Positions 61,545 to 64,000 of a stretch of 64,000 nt of DNA are shown here, one piece after another. The DNA is from Eledone cirrhosa (lineage: Eukaryota): assembly GCA_964016885.1 (NCBI GenBank), contig OZ024742.1:10106001-10170000 (forward strand). Reading direction: 5' to 3'. Made by a program: the position numbers and the translations under genes. Position 1 is the stretch's first letter. Each line of letters starts with the position of its first letter. The notes beneath the pieces are model-generated. The model worked only from the letters and a program-made list of their open reading frames with translations. It was not told the DNA's origin and ran no database searches.

Positions 61545-64000
61545 ATAGTGTTGGTGATAGTGTTGGTGTTGATAGTGGTGGTGATAGTGGTGGTGATAGT
61601 GATGGGGAGGTGGTGTTGTTGGTGATAGTGGTGGTGATAGTGTTGGTGTTGGTGATAGTGATGGGGAGGCGGTCTTGGTGATAGTTGTGGTGATAGTGTT
61701 GGTGTTGGTGATAGAGATGGGGAGGCGGTCTTGTTGGTGATAGTGGTGGTGATAGTGATGGGGAGGCGGTCTTGTTGGTGATAGTTGTGGTGATAGTGTT
61801 GGTGTTGGTGATAGTGATGGGGAGGCGGTCTTGTTGGTGATAGTTGTGGTGATAGTGATGGGGAGGCGGTCTTGTTGGTGATAGTTGTGGTGATAGTGAT
61901 GGGGAGGCGGTCTTGTTGGTGATAGTTGTGGTGATAGTGATGGGGAGGCGGTCTTGTTGGTGATAGTGTTGGTGATAGTGATGGGGAGGCGGTCTTGTTG
62001 GTGATAGTTGTGGTGATAGTGATGGGGAGGCGGTCTTGTTGGTGATAGTTGTGGTGATAGTGATGGGGAGGCGGTCTTGTTGGTGATAGTTGTGGTGATA
62101 GTGATGGGGAGGCGGTCTTGTTGGTGATAGTTGTGGTGATAGTGATGGGGAGGCGGTCTTGTTGGTGATAGTTGTGGTGATAGTGATGGGGAGGCGGTCT
62201 TGTTGGTGATAGTGGTGGTGATAGTGATGGGGAGGCGGTCTTGTTGGTGATAGTTGTGGTGATAGTGATGGGGAGGCGGTCTTGTTGGTGATAGTGGTGG
62301 TGATAGTGATGGGGAGGCGGTCTTGTTGGTGATAGTTGTGGTGATAGTGATAGGGAGGCGGTCTTGTTGGTGATAGTGGTGGTGATAGTGATGGGGAGGC
62401 GGTCTTGTTGGTGATAGTGGTGGTGATAGTGATGGGGAGGCGGTCTTGTTGGTGATAGTTGTGGTGATAGTGATGGGGAGGCGGTCTTGTTGGTGATAGT
62501 TGTGGTGATAGTGATGGGGAGGCGGTCTTGTTGGTGATAGTGGTGGTGATAGTGATGGGGAGGCGGTCTTGTTGGTGATAGTGGTGGTGATAGTGATGGG
62601 GAGGCGGTCTTGTTGGTGATAGTTGTGGTGATAGTGATAGGGAGGCGGTCTTGTTGGTGATAGTGGTGGTGATAGTGATGGGGAGGCGGTCTTGTTGGTG
62701 ATAGTGGTGGTGATAGTGATGGGGAGGCGGTCTTGTTGGTGATAGTGGTGGTGATAGTGATGGGGAGGCGGTCTTGTTGGTGATAGTTGTGGTGATAGTG
62801 ATAGGGAGGCGGTCTTGTTGGTGATAGTGGTGGTGATAGTGATGGGGAGGCGGTCTTGTTGGTGATAGTGGTGGTGATAGTGATGGGGAGGCGGTCTTGT
62901 TGGTGATAGTTGTGGTGATAGTGATGGGGAGGCGGTCTTGTTGGTGATAGTGGTGGTGATAGTGATGGGGAGGCGGTCTTGTTGGTGATAGTTGTGGTGA
63001 TAGTGATAGGGAGGCGGTCTTGTTGGTGATAGTGGTGGTGATAGTGATGGGGAGGCGGTCTTGTTGGTGATAGTGGTGGTGATAGTGATGGGGAGGCGGT
63101 CTTGTTGGTGATAGTGGTGGGGATAGTGATGGGGAGGCGGTCTTGTTGGTGATAGTTGTGGTGATAGTGATAGGGAGGCGGTCTTGTTGGTGATAGTGGT
63201 GGTGATAGTGATGGGGAGGCGGTCTTGTTGGTGATAGTGGTGGTGATAGTGATGGGGAGGCGGTCTTGTTGGTGATAGTGGTGGGGATAGTGATGGGGAG
63301 GCGGTCTTGTTGGTGATAGTTGTGGTGATAGTGATAGGGAGGCGGTCTTGTTGGTGATAGTGGTGGTGATAGTGATGGGGAGGCGGTCTTGTTGGTGATA
63401 GTTGTGGTGATAGTGATGGGGAGGCGGTCTTGTTGGTGATAGTGGTGGTGATAGTGATGGGGAGGCGGTCTTGTTGGTGATAGTGGTGGTGATAGTGATG
63501 GGGAGGCGGTCTTGTTGGTGATAGTGGTGGTGATAGTGTTGGTGTTGGTGATAGTGATGGGGAGGCGGTCTTGTTGGTGATAGTTGTGGTGATAGTGATG
63601 GGGAGGCGGTCTTGTTGGTGATAGTTGTGGTGATAGTGATGGGGAGGCGGTCTTGTTGGTGATAGTGGTGGTGATAGTGATGGGGAGGCGGTCTTGTTGG
63701 TGATAGTGGTGGTGATAGTGTTGGTGTTGGTGATAGTGATAGGGAGGCGGTCTTGTTGGTGATAGTTGTGGTGATAGTGATGGGGAGGCGGTCTTGTTGG
63801 TGATAGTTGTGGTGATAGTGATGGGGAGGCGGTCTTGTTGGTGATAGTGGTGGTGATAGTGATAGGGAGGCGGTCTTGTTGGTGATAGTGGTGGTGATAG
63901 TGTTGGTGTTGGTGATAGTGATGGGGAGGCGGTCTTGTTGGTGATAGTTGTGGTGATAGTGATGGGGAGGCGGTCTTGTTGGTGATAGTGGTGGTGATAG
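61545..64000. repeat. 41-bp G/T-rich minisatellite running off the window end
   Basis: Unit TAGTGATGGGGAGGCGGTCTTGTTGGTGATAGTKGTGGTGA. Confidence 0.95.

Overview
Eukaryotic, AT-rich, microsatellite-saturated DNA with no recognisable host gene. The SINE and simple-repeat content resembles an octopus-type cephalopod genome (inference). Bases 1-19860 are a head-to-tail, same-strand (-) stack of seven Tx1/L1-group non-LTR retrotransposon segments, each separated by (GATA)n. The stack holds one full-length 5.8-kb copy (CCHC ORF1 plus intact APE-RT-ZnF ORF2), three near-identical tandem 3.5-kb 5'-truncated copies, a diverged second subfamily and two short 3' fragments. This points to a (TATC)n-targeting site-specific LINE. 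The rest of the window contains bipartite RTE-derived non-autonomous repeats, Helitrons, tRNA-derived SINEs, CR1-, RTE- and CRE-type fragments, Penelope-like elements (PLEs) and satellites. It also has a dense set of short (TA)n-embedded PLE-type ends from several unrelated families. Many of these carry hand-foldable type I hammerhead ribozymes, and in several the inversion breakpoint of a fold-back falls inside the ribozyme. All coordinates were read by eye and may be off by a few bases.
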